A DNA stretch of 64,000 nt from positions 255 through 64,254 of the forward strand of contig JBDUCV010000003.1 in the NCBI GenBank assembly GCA_040003255.1, in the 5' to 3' direction. Positions 1 to 10,041 of this stretch are shown here, in pieces (position 1 is the first letter of the stretch; each line of letters begins with the position of its first letter). This DNA is from Actinomycetota bacterium. Lineage in GTDB: Bacteria; Actinomycetota; Actinomycetes; Mycobacteriales; Jatrophihabitantaceae. A program made the position numbers and the translations under genes. Below the pieces are notes generated by a model. That model saw only the letters and a list, made by a program, of their open reading frames with translations. It made no database searches and was not told the origin of the DNA.

Positions 1-1
1 C

Positions 2-577
2 GATGCTTTTGATCGGGGCGCCTTCGACGCATTGCTCGCCGGCGCGGACGTGCTGATCACCGGCTACCGCCCGGGTGCGCTGGACAGGATGGGGCTGAGC
101 GACCAAGAGGTGCACGCCCGCTGCCCGGGGCTTGTCACCGCCTCGTTGAGCGCGTGGGGCGATGTTGGCCCATGGCGCGAGCGACGTGGCTTCGACAGCC
201 TCGTGCAGGCGGCGACTGGCATCGCCCGCATCGAGGCGGGCGGTACCCGCGAGCCCAGCGCCCTGCCGGCGCAGGCCCTGGACCACGCGACCGGCTACTT
301 GCTCGCTGCGGCGGTCCTACGTGGCCTGTCCGCGGAGCGCGGCACCCGGATCTCGGCCTCGCTCGCCCGGACGGCACAGTGGCTGATCGCCGCCGGACCG
401 GCTGAATCGTCCTGCGACGGCGCGGGCGAACTCGATCTCGCCCAGTGGCTGGTAAGACGGCGCAGCCCGCAGGGCTGGCTGACCCACGCAGCGCCTCCGT
501 TCGTGTTGACCGGGGGGCCGCGGACCTGGGCCAGCCCGCCAGTAGCCTGGGGCAGCAGTCTGCCGATCTGGGGCTAG
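2..577 (+). CDS. Family III CoA-transferase (CaiB/BaiF type), C-terminal part; 5' end lies outside the window
   Basis: The reading frame is open to the left window edge. Segments ADVLITGYRPGALDRMGL and RGFDSLVQAATGIA resemble the C-terminal half of family III CoA-transferases. Confidence 0.6.
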   Translation, partial: DAFDRGAFDALLAGADVLITGYRPGALDRMGLSDQEVHARCPGLVTASLSAWGDVGPWRERRGFDSLVQAATGIARIEAGGTREPSALPAQALDHATGYLLAAAVLRGLSAERGTRISASLARTAQWLIAAGPAESSCDGAGELDLAQWLVRRRSPQGWLTHAAPPFVLTGGPRTWASPPVAWGSSLPIWG

Positions 578-600
578 CCGAACCGGGCTCATCCTTCGCA

Positions 601-655
601 TTTGCCCCGTCCTGACACGCTGTGCGGGCCCCGCAGCGTGTCACCGCGGGGCAAA
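601..655 (+). terminator. Two-tier stem-loop 24 nt after the CoA-transferase stop (candidate terminator or structured RNA)
   Basis: Read directly: outer stem TTTGCCCCG (601-609) pairs with CGGGGCAAA (647-655); inner stem TGACACGCTG (613-622) pairs with CAGCGTGTCA (634-643). There is no U-tract. Confidence 0.35.
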
Positions 656-854
656 GGCGGGGTGGCGGTGGGCTGCGGCACACCGGGTGCGGGCCGGGAT
701 CACGAGCGGGCTGAATCCGTTCGCTCACCGCGAAACGAACCCAGTGGTAAGGCGCCTGGGGCATGCCGCGGCCAGCCTGCTGGTTGTATGGGTCGTGACA
801 AGCGACCATGAAGTTCTCTCAACGCAGAGCTTGAATGAACGGGAAGAGGGTGTC

Positions 855-1070
855 TTGACCTCGACATTGACCACCAGTCCGCTGACTGCCGCAGACCGGT
901 GCGACCGCTGCGGGGCTCAGGCCTACGTGCGAGTCACGATGCTCTCCGGCTCGCAGCTTTACTTCTGCGTGCACCACGCTCGGGAGTACGAACCGGGCCT
1001 GCGCGCGCTTGCTGCAAGCATTGACGATGAGTCGCAGCGGTTGTCCGAGCTGACGGCTGCAGCTGAATAA
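855..1070 (+). CDS. Small Cys/His protein (DUF7455-like), conserved next to sigA in actinobacteria
   Basis: The sequence LTAADRCDRCGAQAYVRVTMLSGSQLYFCVHHAREY matches this family. A purine-rich GGGAAGAGGG lies just upstream of an in-frame TTG at 855. The track ORF start at 687 is probably an upstream extension. Confidence 0.6.
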   Translation: MTSTLTTSPLTAADRCDRCGAQAYVRVTMLSGSQLYFCVHHAREYEPGLRALAASIDDESQRLSELTAAAE

Positions 1071-1086
1071 GCCCGACCTGATCCAC

Positions 1087-1117
1087 GAAGGCCCTGTCCG
1101 CCGCGGACAGGGCCTTC
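1087..1117. terminator. Bidirectional hairpin terminator between the convergent DUF7455-like gene and sigA
   Basis: Perfect 14-bp stem GAAGGCCCTGTCCG / CGGACAGGGCCTTC with a 3-nt loop, lying between the stops at 1070 (+) and 1141 (-). Confidence 0.6.
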
Positions 1118-1140
1118 ATCGGTTGGCTAACGCGTTGGGC

Positions 1141-2643
1141 TCAGTCGAGGTAGTCGCGCAGCACCTGAGACCGCGACGGGTGGCGCAGCTTGGACATGGT
1201 CTTGGACTCAATCTGGCGGATCCGTTCGCGCGTCACCCCATAGACCTGGCCGATCTCGTCCAGGGTCCGCGGCTGGCCGTCCGTGAGCCCGAAGCGCAGC
1301 TTGACCACGCCGGCCTCACGCTCGGAGAGCGTCTGCAGCACCGATTGCAGCTGGTCCTGGAGCAGCGTGAAACTGACCGCATCGACGGCGACGACGGCTT
1401 CTGAGTCTTCGATGAAGTCGCCGAGCTGGCTGTCGCCCTCGTCACCGATTGTCTGGTCGAGGCTGATCGGCTCCCGCGCGTACTGCTGGATCTCGAGCAC
1501 CTTGTCGGGGGTGATATCCATTTCCTTGGCGAGTTCTTCCGGCGTCGGCTCACGGCCGAGGTCCTGCAGTAACTCCCTCTGGATGCGGCCCAGCTTGTTG
1601 ATCACTTCGACCATGTGCACCGGGATACGAATAGTGCGGGCCTGGTCGGCCATCGCGCGGGTGATCGCTTGCCGGATCCACCAGGTGGCGTAGGTCGAGA
1701 ACTTGTATCCCTTGGTGTAGTCGAACTTCTCCACCGCGCGGATCAGCCCGAGGTTGCCTTCCTGAATCAGGTCCAAGAAGGCCATGCCTCGCCCGGTGTA
1801 GCGCTTGGCCAACGAGACGACTAGCCGAAGATTGGCCTCGAGCAGATGATTCTTGGCCCGCTCGCCGTCGCGCACGATCCAGCGCAAGTCCCGCTTGCCC
1901 TGCAGTGCCAGCTTCTTGCCGGACTCATCGAGTTGACGTAGCCGCTCGGCGCCGTAGAGGCCCGCTTCGATCCGCTTCGCGAGGTCGACTTCCTCCTCGG
2001 CGTTGAGCAGTGCCACCTTGCCAATCTGCTTGAGATAGGCGCGCACGGAGTCGGCCGACGCCGTCATCTCGGCGTCCTTGCGAGCCTGGCGCAGTGCCTC
2101 GGATTCTTCCTCTTCGTCCCAGGTGAACTCAGCCGACTCGACGCCCTCGGCGCTCTCGTCGGGTGCGGCGTCGACCACCGGCACATCGACGACGCCGGCC
2201 ACCTCGATCACCTCGACGATGGCGGACGTGTCGCTGGCGAGTGCGCCGTTGGCGGCCGCCTTGGCCAGCGGCTTGGTGCTTGCCTTCGCCGGGAGCTTGC
2301 CGACCGGCGCCTTGCGGGACGCCGCCTTGTCCGCGACTGCCTTGTTGGCTCCGGCCGCCGTTTTCGGTGCACCGTGCTTGGCCGGCTTACCGGGTGCCGT
2401 CATGGTTGTTGCGTTCCGAGTCGCGGTCTTTGCCGCCGACTGGATGGCCTTCGTGGTTGGTCGAGCAGCGGATTTCGCTGGCTTGGTTGCCCGCTTGGTC
2501 GGCGTAGCAGGCTGCGTGCTCACTCGCCGAGTCGCAGTGGCCGCAGCGAGCACAGTGGCGCGCGCCGATCCGCCGCGCTCCGGCCGTGATATGCGCCGCG
2601 AGGTCGGCGTCGAATCGGGTTCAGATGATGTGCGTGTGGCCAC
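1141..2643 (-). CDS. sigA: Principal RNA polymerase sigma factor (group 1, SigA/HrdB type)
   Basis: Regions 1.2-4.2 are recognisable ([74 protein letters not shown]). The N-terminus is long and Ala/Lys/Pro/Thr-rich, as is typical of actinobacterial primary sigma factors. Confidence 0.95.
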   Translation of the reverse strand: MATRTSSEPDSTPTSRRISRPERGGSARATVLAAATATRRVSTQPATPTKRATKPAKSAARPTTKAIQSAAKTATRNATTMTAPGKPAKHGAPKTAAGANKAVADKAASRKAPVGKLPAKASTKPLAKAAANGALASDTSAIVEVIEVAGVVDVPVVDAAPDESAEGVESAEFTWDEEEESEALRQARKDAEMTASADSVRAYLKQIGKVALLNAEEEVDLAKRIEAGLYGAERLRQLDESGKKLALQGKRDLRWIVRDGERAKNHLLEANLRLVVSLAKRYTGRGMAFLDLIQEGNLGLIRAVEKFDYTKGYKFSTYATWWIRQAITRAMADQARTIRIPVHMVEVINKLGRIQRELLQDLGREPTPEELAKEMDITPDKVLEIQQYAREPISLDQTIGDEGDSQLGDFIEDSEAVVAVDAVSFTLLQDQLQSVLQTLSEREAGVVKLRFGLTDGQPRTLDEIGQVYGVTRERIRQIESKTMSKLRHPSRSQVLRDYLD

Positions 2644-2829
2644 GAACGCCCTTTCGCCACGGTGCTGCGCAAGCCAACGGACTGCGTCACACAGAATCGG
2701 TCCGCGGAAGCGGAGGGATGAGGTGGGCCGGCTCGCCGTCTGTGTGGTGGCTCAGGTTCGAGTCCAGTACGGGCGTAGCGTCCGCCGGTCATTGTACTGC
2801 GCGTCCAGGGATGCGCGAGTCGCAGTTCG

Positions 2830-3588
2830 CTATTCGCCGCGGCGCTCTGCGGCAGCCATGGCGGCGCCGACGATCCCCGCGTTGTTGAGCAGTTGTGCGG
2901 GCTTGACCGGGGCATGCAGGTCGAGCAGCGGAACCCATTTCTCGGCGTCCTTACTGACCCCGCCCCCGACCACGAACAGGTCGGGCGAAAACAGCCTCTC
3001 GACATGGCTGAGGTAGGCCTGCACGCGGACCGCCCACTTCTTGTAGGACATCTTGTGGGCATCTTTGACCGACGCCGCCGCCCGGGTCTCGGCATCGTGC
3101 CCATCTAGTTCGAGATGGCCGAGCTCGGTGTTGGGCACCAGCCTGCCGTCGACGAGCAGCGCACTACCGATGCCGGTGCCGAACGTCAGCAGGATCACGA
3201 CGCCCGGCACCCCCTTGGCAGCACCGAAGCGGGCCTCGGCGATGCCCGCTGCATCGGCATCATTGAGCACAATGACGTCGTTACCGGTGCTCTTGGTGAA
3301 AACTGCGTCGACATCAGTTCCGATCCAGCTTGGATCGACGTTGGCGGCGGACTTCGCAACCCCGTTCTGGATCACCGCGGGAAAGGTCGCACCGACCAGC
3401 CCTGTCCATGAGGCCTGCGACAGCAACTGGGAAACGATCTCGGCGACGGCCTCGGGAGTCGCCGGGTGCGGGGTGGCAATGCGTACCCGCGGCGTGGCGA
3501 GCTCCCCGGTGGCGGTGTGCACCAGCGCGCCCTTGATGCCGGAGCCCCCGATGTCGATACCGAAAGCCTGATCGGGTGTGCCGTCCAC
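2830..3588 (-). CDS. ppgK: Polyphosphate glucokinase (ROK family)
   Basis: [15 protein letters not shown] is the ATP/polyP-binding N-terminus, followed by a ROK core. The gene neighbours sigA and suhB as in mycobacteria. The start is uncertain: GTG 3588, or TTG at 3645 or 3681. Confidence 0.85.
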   Translation of the reverse strand: MDGTPDQAFGIDIGGSGIKGALVHTATGELATPRVRIATPHPATPEAVAEIVSQLLSQASWTGLVGATFPAVIQNGVAKSAANVDPSWIGTDVDAVFTKSTGNDVIVLNDADAAGIAEARFGAAKGVPGVVILLTFGTGIGSALLVDGRLVPNTELGHLELDGHDAETRAAASVKDAHKMSYKKWAVRVQAYLSHVERLFSPDLFVVGGGVSKDAEKWVPLLDLHAPVKPAQLLNNAGIVGAAMAAAERRGE

Positions 3589-3680
3589 GGGTACCCCATT
3601 GCTCTCACGCCGAAGCTGCTGTCCGCCGATAACCCTATCCCGCAACCTGCGATCCGACGGACCGCTGTTCTGCCGGAGCA

Positions 3681-4502
3681 ATGTGCTGGGATGACCCAGT
3701 GGACAACGATCCCGTCGACCGTGAGCTTGCCGAGTTGGCGATCGAATTGGCCCTCGGCGCGGGAGAGCTCGCCCGGCATCGACGTGAATCCGGATTCGAC
3801 ATCAGCGCAAAGAGCACGCCGACCGACCTGGTCACCGCGGTGGATCGCGACGTCGAGGCGTGGCTGACCGCTCAGCTCGGCCGCCGTCGTCCCGACGACG
3901 CGATCCTGGGGGAGGAGGGCGCCGGCCGACCGGGATCCTCGAATGTGCGCTGGGTTCTCGACCCCATCGACGGCACGGTCAACTTCGTCCTCGGCTTGCC
4001 CTCTTGGGCTGTGTCCGTCGCGGCGGAACGAGAGGGAGTGGTCGTCGCGGGTTGCGTGTACAACCCTGCCTCGCGCGAGTTGTTCCGAGCTGAACGAGGC
4101 CGCGGAGCGTTCTTAGGGGACGTTCGCCTCGCTGGGCCTCGGACCGTGCCGCTGGAGCGGTCGGTGGTCGGTACCGGCTTCAGCTACGACGCGGACCTCC
4201 GCGCGCGGCAGGGAGCCGTGGTGGCGGCTTTGCTGCCGAAGGTGGCCGACATCCGACGGATCGGATCTGCAGCACTCGACCTGTGCGCCGTCGCGTCGGG
4301 TCGTTTGGACGCCTACTACGAGACGGGACTACAACCCTGGGACCGCGCCGCCGGGCTGCTCATCGCGACCGAGGCGGGTGGTGCGGCATCCGGCTGGCGG
4401 GGAGCTGGACCGGACGACCAACTGACCGCGGTTTGTCATCCGGCCATCGCCAGCGAGTTCATCGCCCTGCTCGAAGAGCTGGGTGCGGCCAGCGTCGGTT
4501 GA
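3681..4502 (+). CDS. suhB: Inositol monophosphatase family protein
   Basis: Motifs ILGEEG and WVLDPIDGTVNF are the IMPase metal-binding signatures, with WDRAAG near the C-terminus. Synteny with ppgK supports the call. Confidence 0.85.
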   Translation: MCWDDPVDNDPVDRELAELAIELALGAGELARHRRESGFDISAKSTPTDLVTAVDRDVEAWLTAQLGRRRPDDAILGEEGAGRPGSSNVRWVLDPIDGTVNFVLGLPSWAVSVAAEREGVVVAGCVYNPASRELFRAERGRGAFLGDVRLAGPRTVPLERSVVGTGFSYDADLRARQGAVVAALLPKVADIRRIGSAALDLCAVASGRLDAYYETGLQPWDRAAGLLIATEAGGAASGWRGAGPDDQLTAVCHPAIASEFIALLEELGAASVG

Positions 4503-4523
4503 GCCGTGAGCAGGTGGGCGCAC

Positions 4524-5111
4524 TCAGCAGTGGGCGGAGGACGACTTCGACGCAGAAGCCGATGATGCCCGAGGGGTCGGACCGTGCGCGAGGTTGACCG
4601 GCTTGGCCGGGACCTGGCTGACGTGTGCTGCCGCTATCGCCTGCTTCACCACGGGAGCGCCGGCGACGCCGGTGAATTTCGCGCCTAGGGAGACGATCAC
4701 GCCCGTGTCGGACCGTTGCACGGGGACCAGGCTGGACCCGGGGAAGTAGAAGGACACCAACGTTGCGGCCGCCTTAGCCCTCGGGCCGTAGCGGATCTCG
4801 GCGACACCGTTCACCAATCCGGACGGGTCGTTGTCGTATGCGGGGTTGGGAAACCCGAGCTTCTTCAGCGACTCGCTCGTCGCCCGGGCCAGGCCGTTGC
4901 GCTGGGTCGAGTTCAAGACGGTTACCGGCACGCCCGCAGGTTGCGGGACCAGGGTCACTGACGCGATCGGCGGGCAGCTGGGGGCTGCGGTAGCGGGCTG
5001 ATCATTGCCCGTGCGGTGGATGACACGCCACCAGACCAGCCCGGTCAGCAGCGAGAGAGCGAGCAGGAACACCAGCGCTGGCAGCGGACGCCGCGCAGAT
5101 GCTCGAGCCAC
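4524..5111 (-). CDS. LytR C-terminal domain membrane-anchored protein
   Basis: An N-terminal TM helix is followed by VTVLNSTQRNGLARATSESLKKLGF, typical of the LytR_C domain. AGGAGG lies 7 nt upstream of the GTG start. Confidence 0.7.
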   Translation of the reverse strand: MARASARRPLPALVFLLALSLLTGLVWWRVIHRTGNDQPATAAPSCPPIASVTLVPQPAGVPVTVLNSTQRNGLARATSESLKKLGFPNPAYDNDPSGLVNGVAEIRYGPRAKAAATLVSFYFPGSSLVPVQRSDTGVIVSLGAKFTGVAGAPVVKQAIAAAHVSQVPAKPVNLAHGPTPRASSASASKSSSAHC

Positions 5112-5466
5112 GAGTGGCCTCCTGACGGGCGCGCAAGGCAGGGCAATCGACCGGGTGAAGTCGAATCAGAGCTTAGCTCGCGACGCGCCGGGAATGCGGA
5201 GGCGTGCCTGTCGGTTCCAGGCGTACATGGAGGGTGTACGGTTCCGCGGCTGACGCTCGCGCGACCAGATCGCGTACTAGCGGCGCCAGCTGACCGCCAT
5301 GACGCGGTTACTCATCTGGCACGGCGGCAACATCCGTACAGCGGGCACAAAACGCTCGGCCGATACGTTGCACCCGCGCGTCACCCGGCGCAATACCGCC
5401 CAAGGTGACGAAGAGTTCAACACGATCTACCATTTTGCGGCGATGCGATCAAGGAGTTGAAGGCCG

Positions 5467-5775
5467 ATGGCGACCGATTACGACGCCCCACGCCGCGGCG
5501 ATGTCGACGAAATGAGCGAGGACTCGCTCGAGGAGTTGAAGGCGCGGCGCGCCGAGGCCCAGTCCGGATCGATCGACGTCGACGAGACCGAGCTAGCCGA
5601 GACGCTCGAACTTCCCGGGGCTGACCTGTCCAGCTTGTCCGGCGAAGAGCTCACCGTGCGGGTGCTACCGAAGCAGGATGACGAGTTCACCTGCTCGAGC
5701 TGCTTCCTCGTTCACCACCGAAGCCGGCTGGCCCGGGAGAAGAACGGGCAATACATCTGCCGGGATTGCGCCTGA
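5467..5775 (+). CDS. DUF4193 family protein
   Basis: An acidic N-terminus is followed by C-terminal FTCSSCFLVHHRSRLA...YICRDCA, characteristic of DUF4193. AAGGAG lies upstream of the ATG. Confidence 0.8.
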   Translation: MATDYDAPRRGDVDEMSEDSLEELKARRAEAQSGSIDVDETELAETLELPGADLSSLSGEELTVRVLPKQDDEFTCSSCFLVHHRSRLAREKNGQYICRDCA

Positions 5776-5804
5776 CAGCATCTGGGTGAGAACGTGCGCG
5801 GTTG

Positions 5805-6554
5805 CTACAGCCCACCACGCAGTGTCAGCCCGCCGTCGAGCAGCAGCGTCTGCCCAGTGATCCAGCTCGCGTCCGTCGAGGCCAAGAAGGCCACGGCGGA
5901 CGCGATGTCGTTCGGATCTCCGAGGCGGCCCAGCGGGTAGGACTGTGCGACTTGCTGCTCGCGACCCTCGAAGAGCGCCGACGCAAACCGGGTCTTGACG
6001 ATCGCCGGAGCAACCGCATTGACGCGCACGTCGGGGCTTAGCTCGGCCGCGAGCTGCCGGGTCAGGCCGATGAGGGCCGACTTGCTCACGCCGTAGTAGC
6101 CGATACCGGGCGACGGGTAGATGCCTGCGATCGAGGCGATGTTGACGATGGCGCCGCCGGCGCCGAGGCCATGGCCGAGTGCCCGCTTGACCCAGGACAG
6201 CGCGGAGAACACGTTGACGTCCATGATCTTGCGGGCGGCCGACTCGTCGAGCTCTCGGAGCGGACCGAACGCCGGATTGATGCCCGTGTTGTTCACGAGG
6301 ACGTCCAGCCGCCCGAACGCGGCCACTGTCGCCGCGACCGCCGCGCCTTGGTGCTCGCCGTCGTCACCGCGTCCGGCAACCCCGATGGCGTGATCCCGTC
6401 CGCCAAGTGACGTGACGGCCGCCTCGAGCGGCTCGGGCTTGCGGGCGGTGATGCACACCCGGGCTCCTTCGTCGACGAGCCGCCGGGCCGTGGCCAGCCC
6501 GATGCCGCGGCTGGCGCCGGTGACGATCGCGACCTTGTCCTGGAAGCGCTGCAC
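5805..6554 (-). CDS. SDR family oxidoreductase (FabG-like)
   Basis: The TGASRGIG cofactor motif, NNTG, and the catalytic Y-x3-K (YGVSK) are all present. Confidence 0.85.
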   Translation of the reverse strand: MQRFQDKVAIVTGASRGIGLATARRLVDEGARVCITARKPEPLEAAVTSLGGRDHAIGVAGRGDDGEHQGAAVAATVAAFGRLDVLVNNTGINPAFGPLRELDESAARKIMDVNVFSALSWVKRALGHGLGAGGAIVNIASIAGIYPSPGIGYYGVSKSALIGLTRQLAAELSPDVRVNAVAPAIVKTRFASALFEGREQQVAQSYPLGRLGDPNDIASAVAFLASTDASWITGQTLLLDGGLTLRGGL

Positions 6555-6563
6555 GCGGGCAGG

Positions 6564-7052
6564 CTACCGGCCGGTTCGCAGCGCGCCGACAACCTGTTCC
6601 GGATGCCGGCTGCTGATTACCCAGTACGGGGTCGGGTCGTCCGCGTCGTCAAGCAAGATCTGTACGCCGGGCCCGATCCACGGACGGACGGACACGAATG
6701 CAGCGGGATCGCCCTCACGCCCGACGACGCGGCGCAAGGTGCGCGAATCGAGCGCGATTGCGCGGCTCACATAGCGCAGTGGCAGGTGCGCGCCGCGGAC
6801 GTGCAGCTCGCCGTCGCGCACTGAAAGCTCACTACGGCTCAGCGACCATACGATGATCACCGAGAACGGCAGCAGCACGCCGAACGGGATCCAGTCGGTG
6901 AGCGGCAGGCCGCCGACGTGGAACTCCGCGGCGAGCAGCGCGGCAATCGCGACAGCGACCGGGTACCACCACCACGGGACGCGGAGCCGTTCGCGATAGA
7001 CGATGCCCGTGACCGGACGCGCCGTATCTGCCGGGTCGATGGGTTGGCTCAC
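6564..7052 (-). CDS. DUF3093 domain membrane protein
   Basis: Two TM helices are followed by LSVRDGELHVRGAHLPL, typical of the family. I chose the GTG start at 7052 (VSQPID...); the longer track ORF is Arg/Pro-rich upstream. Confidence 0.7.
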   Translation of the reverse strand: MSQPIDPADTARPVTGIVYRERLRVPWWWYPVAVAIAALLAAEFHVGGLPLTDWIPFGVLLPFSVIIVWSLSRSELSVRDGELHVRGAHLPLRYVSRAIALDSRTLRRVVGREGDPAAFVSVRPWIGPGVQILLDDADDPTPYWVISSRHPEQVVGALRTGR

Positions 7053-7141
7053 CCGGTCGAGGGTAGCCGCGGCCGATCCCGGTGGCGGTAGATTTGCCCG
7101 CCGTGACCACCGCGCGGACAGCCCACGCAGCTGATGCCGGC

Positions 7142-7603
7142 GTGGCGGTGCAGGTATGCCGCCTGGACCCCGGGGTTGAGCTGCCGGTGTATGCGCTTGA
7201 GGGTGACGCCGGAGCCGACCTAGCGACCGCGGTCGACGTGGTCCTGGCACCGGGCGAGCGTGCGGTACTCCCGACTGGTCTGGCGATCGCGTTGCCTGCC
7301 GGATATGCCGCCTTCGTGCACCCGCGCTCCGGCCTGGCCGCCCGCTCAGGGCTTGGCCTGGTCAACGCACCCGGCACGATCGACGCCGGCTACCGCGGCG
7401 AGATAAAGATCGTGGCGGTCAACCACGATCCGGTGACGCCGATCGTGCTGCACCGCGGCGACCGAGTGGCCCAGCTCGTCGTTCAACGCGTGGAGCGTGC
7501 CCAGTTCAACGAAGTCGCCGACCTGCCGCCGGCCGATCGGGGCGAGGCTGGGCACGGCTCAACCGGCGGGGTACGGGCGTACATCGAGGGGGACCGATCC
7601 TGA
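7142..7603 (+). CDS. dut: dUTP diphosphatase
   Basis: Motifs [25 protein letters not shown] and the C-terminal GHGSTGG are present. GTG 7142 gives about 153 aa, like mycobacterial Dut; the alternative start is 7082. Confidence 0.9.
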   Translation: MAVQVCRLDPGVELPVYALEGDAGADLATAVDVVLAPGERAVLPTGLAIALPAGYAAFVHPRSGLAARSGLGLVNAPGTIDAGYRGEIKIVAVNHDPVTPIVLHRGDRVAQLVVQRVERAQFNEVADLPPADRGEAGHGSTGGVRAYIEGDRS

Positions 7604-8247
7604 TGGCATTGCGCCGCAAACAGAAACGCACCGAGCGGTCCAAGCTAGACGCCACCCCGCCCTGGGAAGTTCGCCATCGCGAAGAGCCCGAGGTCACCGA
7701 CGGACCGTTCGACGTGCGTGACGAACCCGCCGACACGCTGACTCGTATCGATCTCGGCGCGCTGCGGGTACCGGTCATGTCCGACGTCGACGTCCGCCTC
7801 GATCTCAACGAGGCTCAGCAGATTGTCTCGGTGACGCTGGCGAATCCCAACGGGCAGATGCAGCTCGGCGTGTTCGCCGCGCCGCGCAGCGACGGAATCT
7901 GGGACGAGGTCCGCGCCGAGATTGCCGAGTCACTGGCAGCCCAGCGCGGGTCGGGCAAGGACCGCGAGGGGGGCCCGTTCGGCACCGAATTGGTAGGTCG
8001 ACTGCCTGGCGAAGGCGGTGAAGTCCCGGTGCGGTTCGTTGGCGTCGACGGTCCGCGGTGGTTCCTGCGGGCGATGTTCCTCGGACCTGTGGCCCTGGAC
8101 GAGCAGACCGCCGCACCATTCGAGGCCGCGTTGCGCAACGTGGTAGTGGTGCGCGGCAGCGATCCGCTGCCCGTACGGGAGCCGGTGCCCCTGACCATGC
8201 CGACCGAACTGCAGCCCGGAGCGGGGGACGGCGCGGGGCAGGTCTGA
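7603..8247 (+). CDS. DUF3710 domain protein
   Basis: GPFDVRDEP...DLGALRVPV...RLDL resembles the conserved protein that follows dut in actinobacteria. The ATG overlaps the dut stop (TGATG). Confidence 0.75.
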   Translation: MALRRKQKRTERSKLDATPPWEVRHREEPEVTDGPFDVRDEPADTLTRIDLGALRVPVMSDVDVRLDLNEAQQIVSVTLANPNGQMQLGVFAAPRSDGIWDEVRAEIAESLAAQRGSGKDREGGPFGTELVGRLPGEGGEVPVRFVGVDGPRWFLRAMFLGPVALDEQTAAPFEAALRNVVVVRGSDPLPVREPVPLTMPTELQPGAGDGAGQV

Positions 8248-8275
8248 TCTGGCCCGCGCCGGTTACCCTGGACTC

Positions 8276-8638
8276 GTGGGTACCCGGCTCAGTCTGTTCC
8301 GTCGGCTCACAGCCGCCGCCGAGACGCTCGACGCGGTCCAGCTGCAGGACGACGTCGAGAGCGTCGACGCCCAATTCTGCCGGGTCCTGCACCGAGGCGA
8401 TGTAGCGAAGGTCGCGGGACGGGTCCGGGCGGTGGTCTACAACCCGCGCGAGACCGTTCCGACCTTCACCGCCGAGCTGTTCGACGGATCGGCGTCGATC
8501 GACCTGGTTTGGCTCGGGCGGCGTCGCATCGCCGGGATCACCCCAGGCCGGACCATCTCCGCCCGCGGCCGGATCGGTGACCACGACGGCCGGCTCGCTA
8601 TCTACAACCCGCGCTACGAGCTGCGGGCTTCCGAGTGA
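8276..8638 (+). CDS. OB-fold nucleic-acid-binding domain protein
   Basis: VAGRVRAV...TAELFDGSASIDLVWLGRRRIAGITPGR...YNPRYEL matches the conserved OB-fold protein in this syntenic block. Confidence 0.7.
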   Translation: MGTRLSLFRRLTAAAETLDAVQLQDDVESVDAQFCRVLHRGDVAKVAGRVRAVVYNPRETVPTFTAELFDGSASIDLVWLGRRRIAGITPGRTISARGRIGDHDGRLAIYNPRYELRASE

Positions 8639-9372
8639 CTTCGTCCGGTCCGAACGGCGAGCAGCACGGACGGGCGTTACCTACCCTCGAGCCCGATGGC
8701 CGGTCGTTGCCGACTCGCGAGCAGTACCGCCAGCAGCTGCTAGCCGGCCTCGGTGGCTGGTCGGGCACCGTCATCACCGCGATCCCAACCGTCGTCTTCG
8801 TCCTGGTCAACGCGACCACCGGTCTGCGTCCGGCGATCTTCGCCGCCATCGGCGCCGCCGCCGTACTGGTCGCCTACCGGCTGGCTCGGCGGCAACCCGT
8901 CCAGCAGGCGGTCAGCGGCCTGGCCGGTGTCGCCATCGCGGCGATGATCGCCGCGCGCACCGGTGAGGCGAAGGGCTACTTCCTTTTCGGCATCGTCACG
9001 AGCTTCGTCTGGGGTGCGGGGTTTCTCGTCACGATCGGCATCCGCCGGCCCGCTGTCGGACTGCTATGGGAGTTCCTCGACCCGACGCCTGGTCCGACGG
9101 GCGTGCGTTGGTGGCACCGCGCCCCCCTGCTCCGTGCGTACGTCGTCGCGACTCTCGCCGGGGCAGCGGTATTCCTTTCCCGAGGGGTTGTGCAGGTCAC
9201 CCTGTTCCGGCACAACGCAACGGGTTGGCTGGCAGTGGCCCGCATCGCGATGGGCTACCCGCTGACGATCGCGGCAATCGGGGTGGCGTTCTGGGCGGTC
9301 CGCCGAGCTCGCCGGCAACTGGCCCGGCTACCCGTCGGCGCGTCGAACGAGCCGTCGGGAACACTCGCCTGA
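8635..9372 (+). CDS. DUF3159 domain membrane protein
   Basis: The protein is multi-TM. It overlaps the preceding stop by 4 nt and occupies the conserved position after the OB-fold gene. Confidence 0.7.
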   Translation: MTSSGPNGEQHGRALPTLEPDGRSLPTREQYRQQLLAGLGGWSGTVITAIPTVVFVLVNATTGLRPAIFAAIGAAAVLVAYRLARRQPVQQAVSGLAGVAIAAMIAARTGEAKGYFLFGIVTSFVWGAGFLVTIGIRRPAVGLLWEFLDPTPGPTGVRWWHRAPLLRAYVVATLAGAAVFLSRGVVQVTLFRHNATGWLAVARIAMGYPLTIAAIGVAFWAVRRARRQLARLPVGASNEPSGTLA

Positions 9373-9381
9373 GCGGGCCGC

Positions 9382-10041
9382 TCAACCTCCGCAGACCGAT
9401 GCGCGGATTGCCGGCTCGGACTCGGGCAGCGCCACGAACAGCAACTCGTCGGCCGGCTCGAGAGGTTCCTCGGGAGTCGGCACGATCACTCGGTCTCCGC
9501 GGACGATGGCGACGAGCGCGGCGTCCTGCGGCAGATTCAACTTCCGCACCGGCACACCGGCGCACGGGGCGTCGTCGGGAAGGGTGACCTCGACGAGGTT
9601 CGCCTGGCCGGCGCGGAAGCTGAACAGCCGGACGATGTCACCGACCTCGACGGCCTCTTCGACCAGCGCGGCCAGGACCCGGGGTGTCGACACCGCGACG
9701 TCGACGCCCCATGCCTCGGTGAACAGCCACTCGTTGGCGGGATGATTGATCCGCGCGACGACACGCCGTACCGAAAACTCGGTCTTAGCCAGCAACGAGA
9801 CGACCAGGTTGACCTTGTCATCGCCGGTCGCGCCAACAACCACCTCGCATTCCTCAAGCTTCGCGTTCTCGAGGTTCTCCACCTCGCACGCGTCGCCCAG
9901 CAGCCACTCGGCGTCCGGGATCCGTTCCGGAGTGATCTTCGTCGGATCCTTGTCGATCAGAAGTACGGCATGTTTGTTCCCGAGCAGTTCTCGGGCGATA
10001 GATCTGCCAACCGCCCCGGCCCCGGCGATCGCGATCTTCAT
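9382..10041 (-). CDS. TrkA-family potassium uptake protein (RCK N + C domains)
   Basis: MKIAIAGAGAVGRSIAREL is a Rossmann GxGxxG motif, followed by a C-terminal TrkA_C domain. Confidence 0.85.
   Translation of the reverse strand: MKIAIAGAGAVGRSIARELLGNKHAVLLIDKDPTKITPERIPDAEWLLGDACEVENLENAKLEECEVVVGATGDDKVNLVVSLLAKTEFSVRRVVARINHPANEWLFTEAWGVDVAVSTPRVLAALVEEAVEVGDIVRLFSFRAGQANLVEVTLPDDAPCAGVPVRKLNLPQDAALVAIVRGDRVIVPTPEEPLEPADELLFVALPESEPAIRASVCGG

Noticed and set aside
2750-2770. GGTTCGAGTCC, identical to a canonical tRNA T-loop/T-arm core, in the sigA-ppgK intergenic region
   Set aside because: The flanking bases give only a 2-bp T-stem (CAGG / CCAG). No acceptor, D or anticodon arms can be drawn around it, so the match is coincidental.
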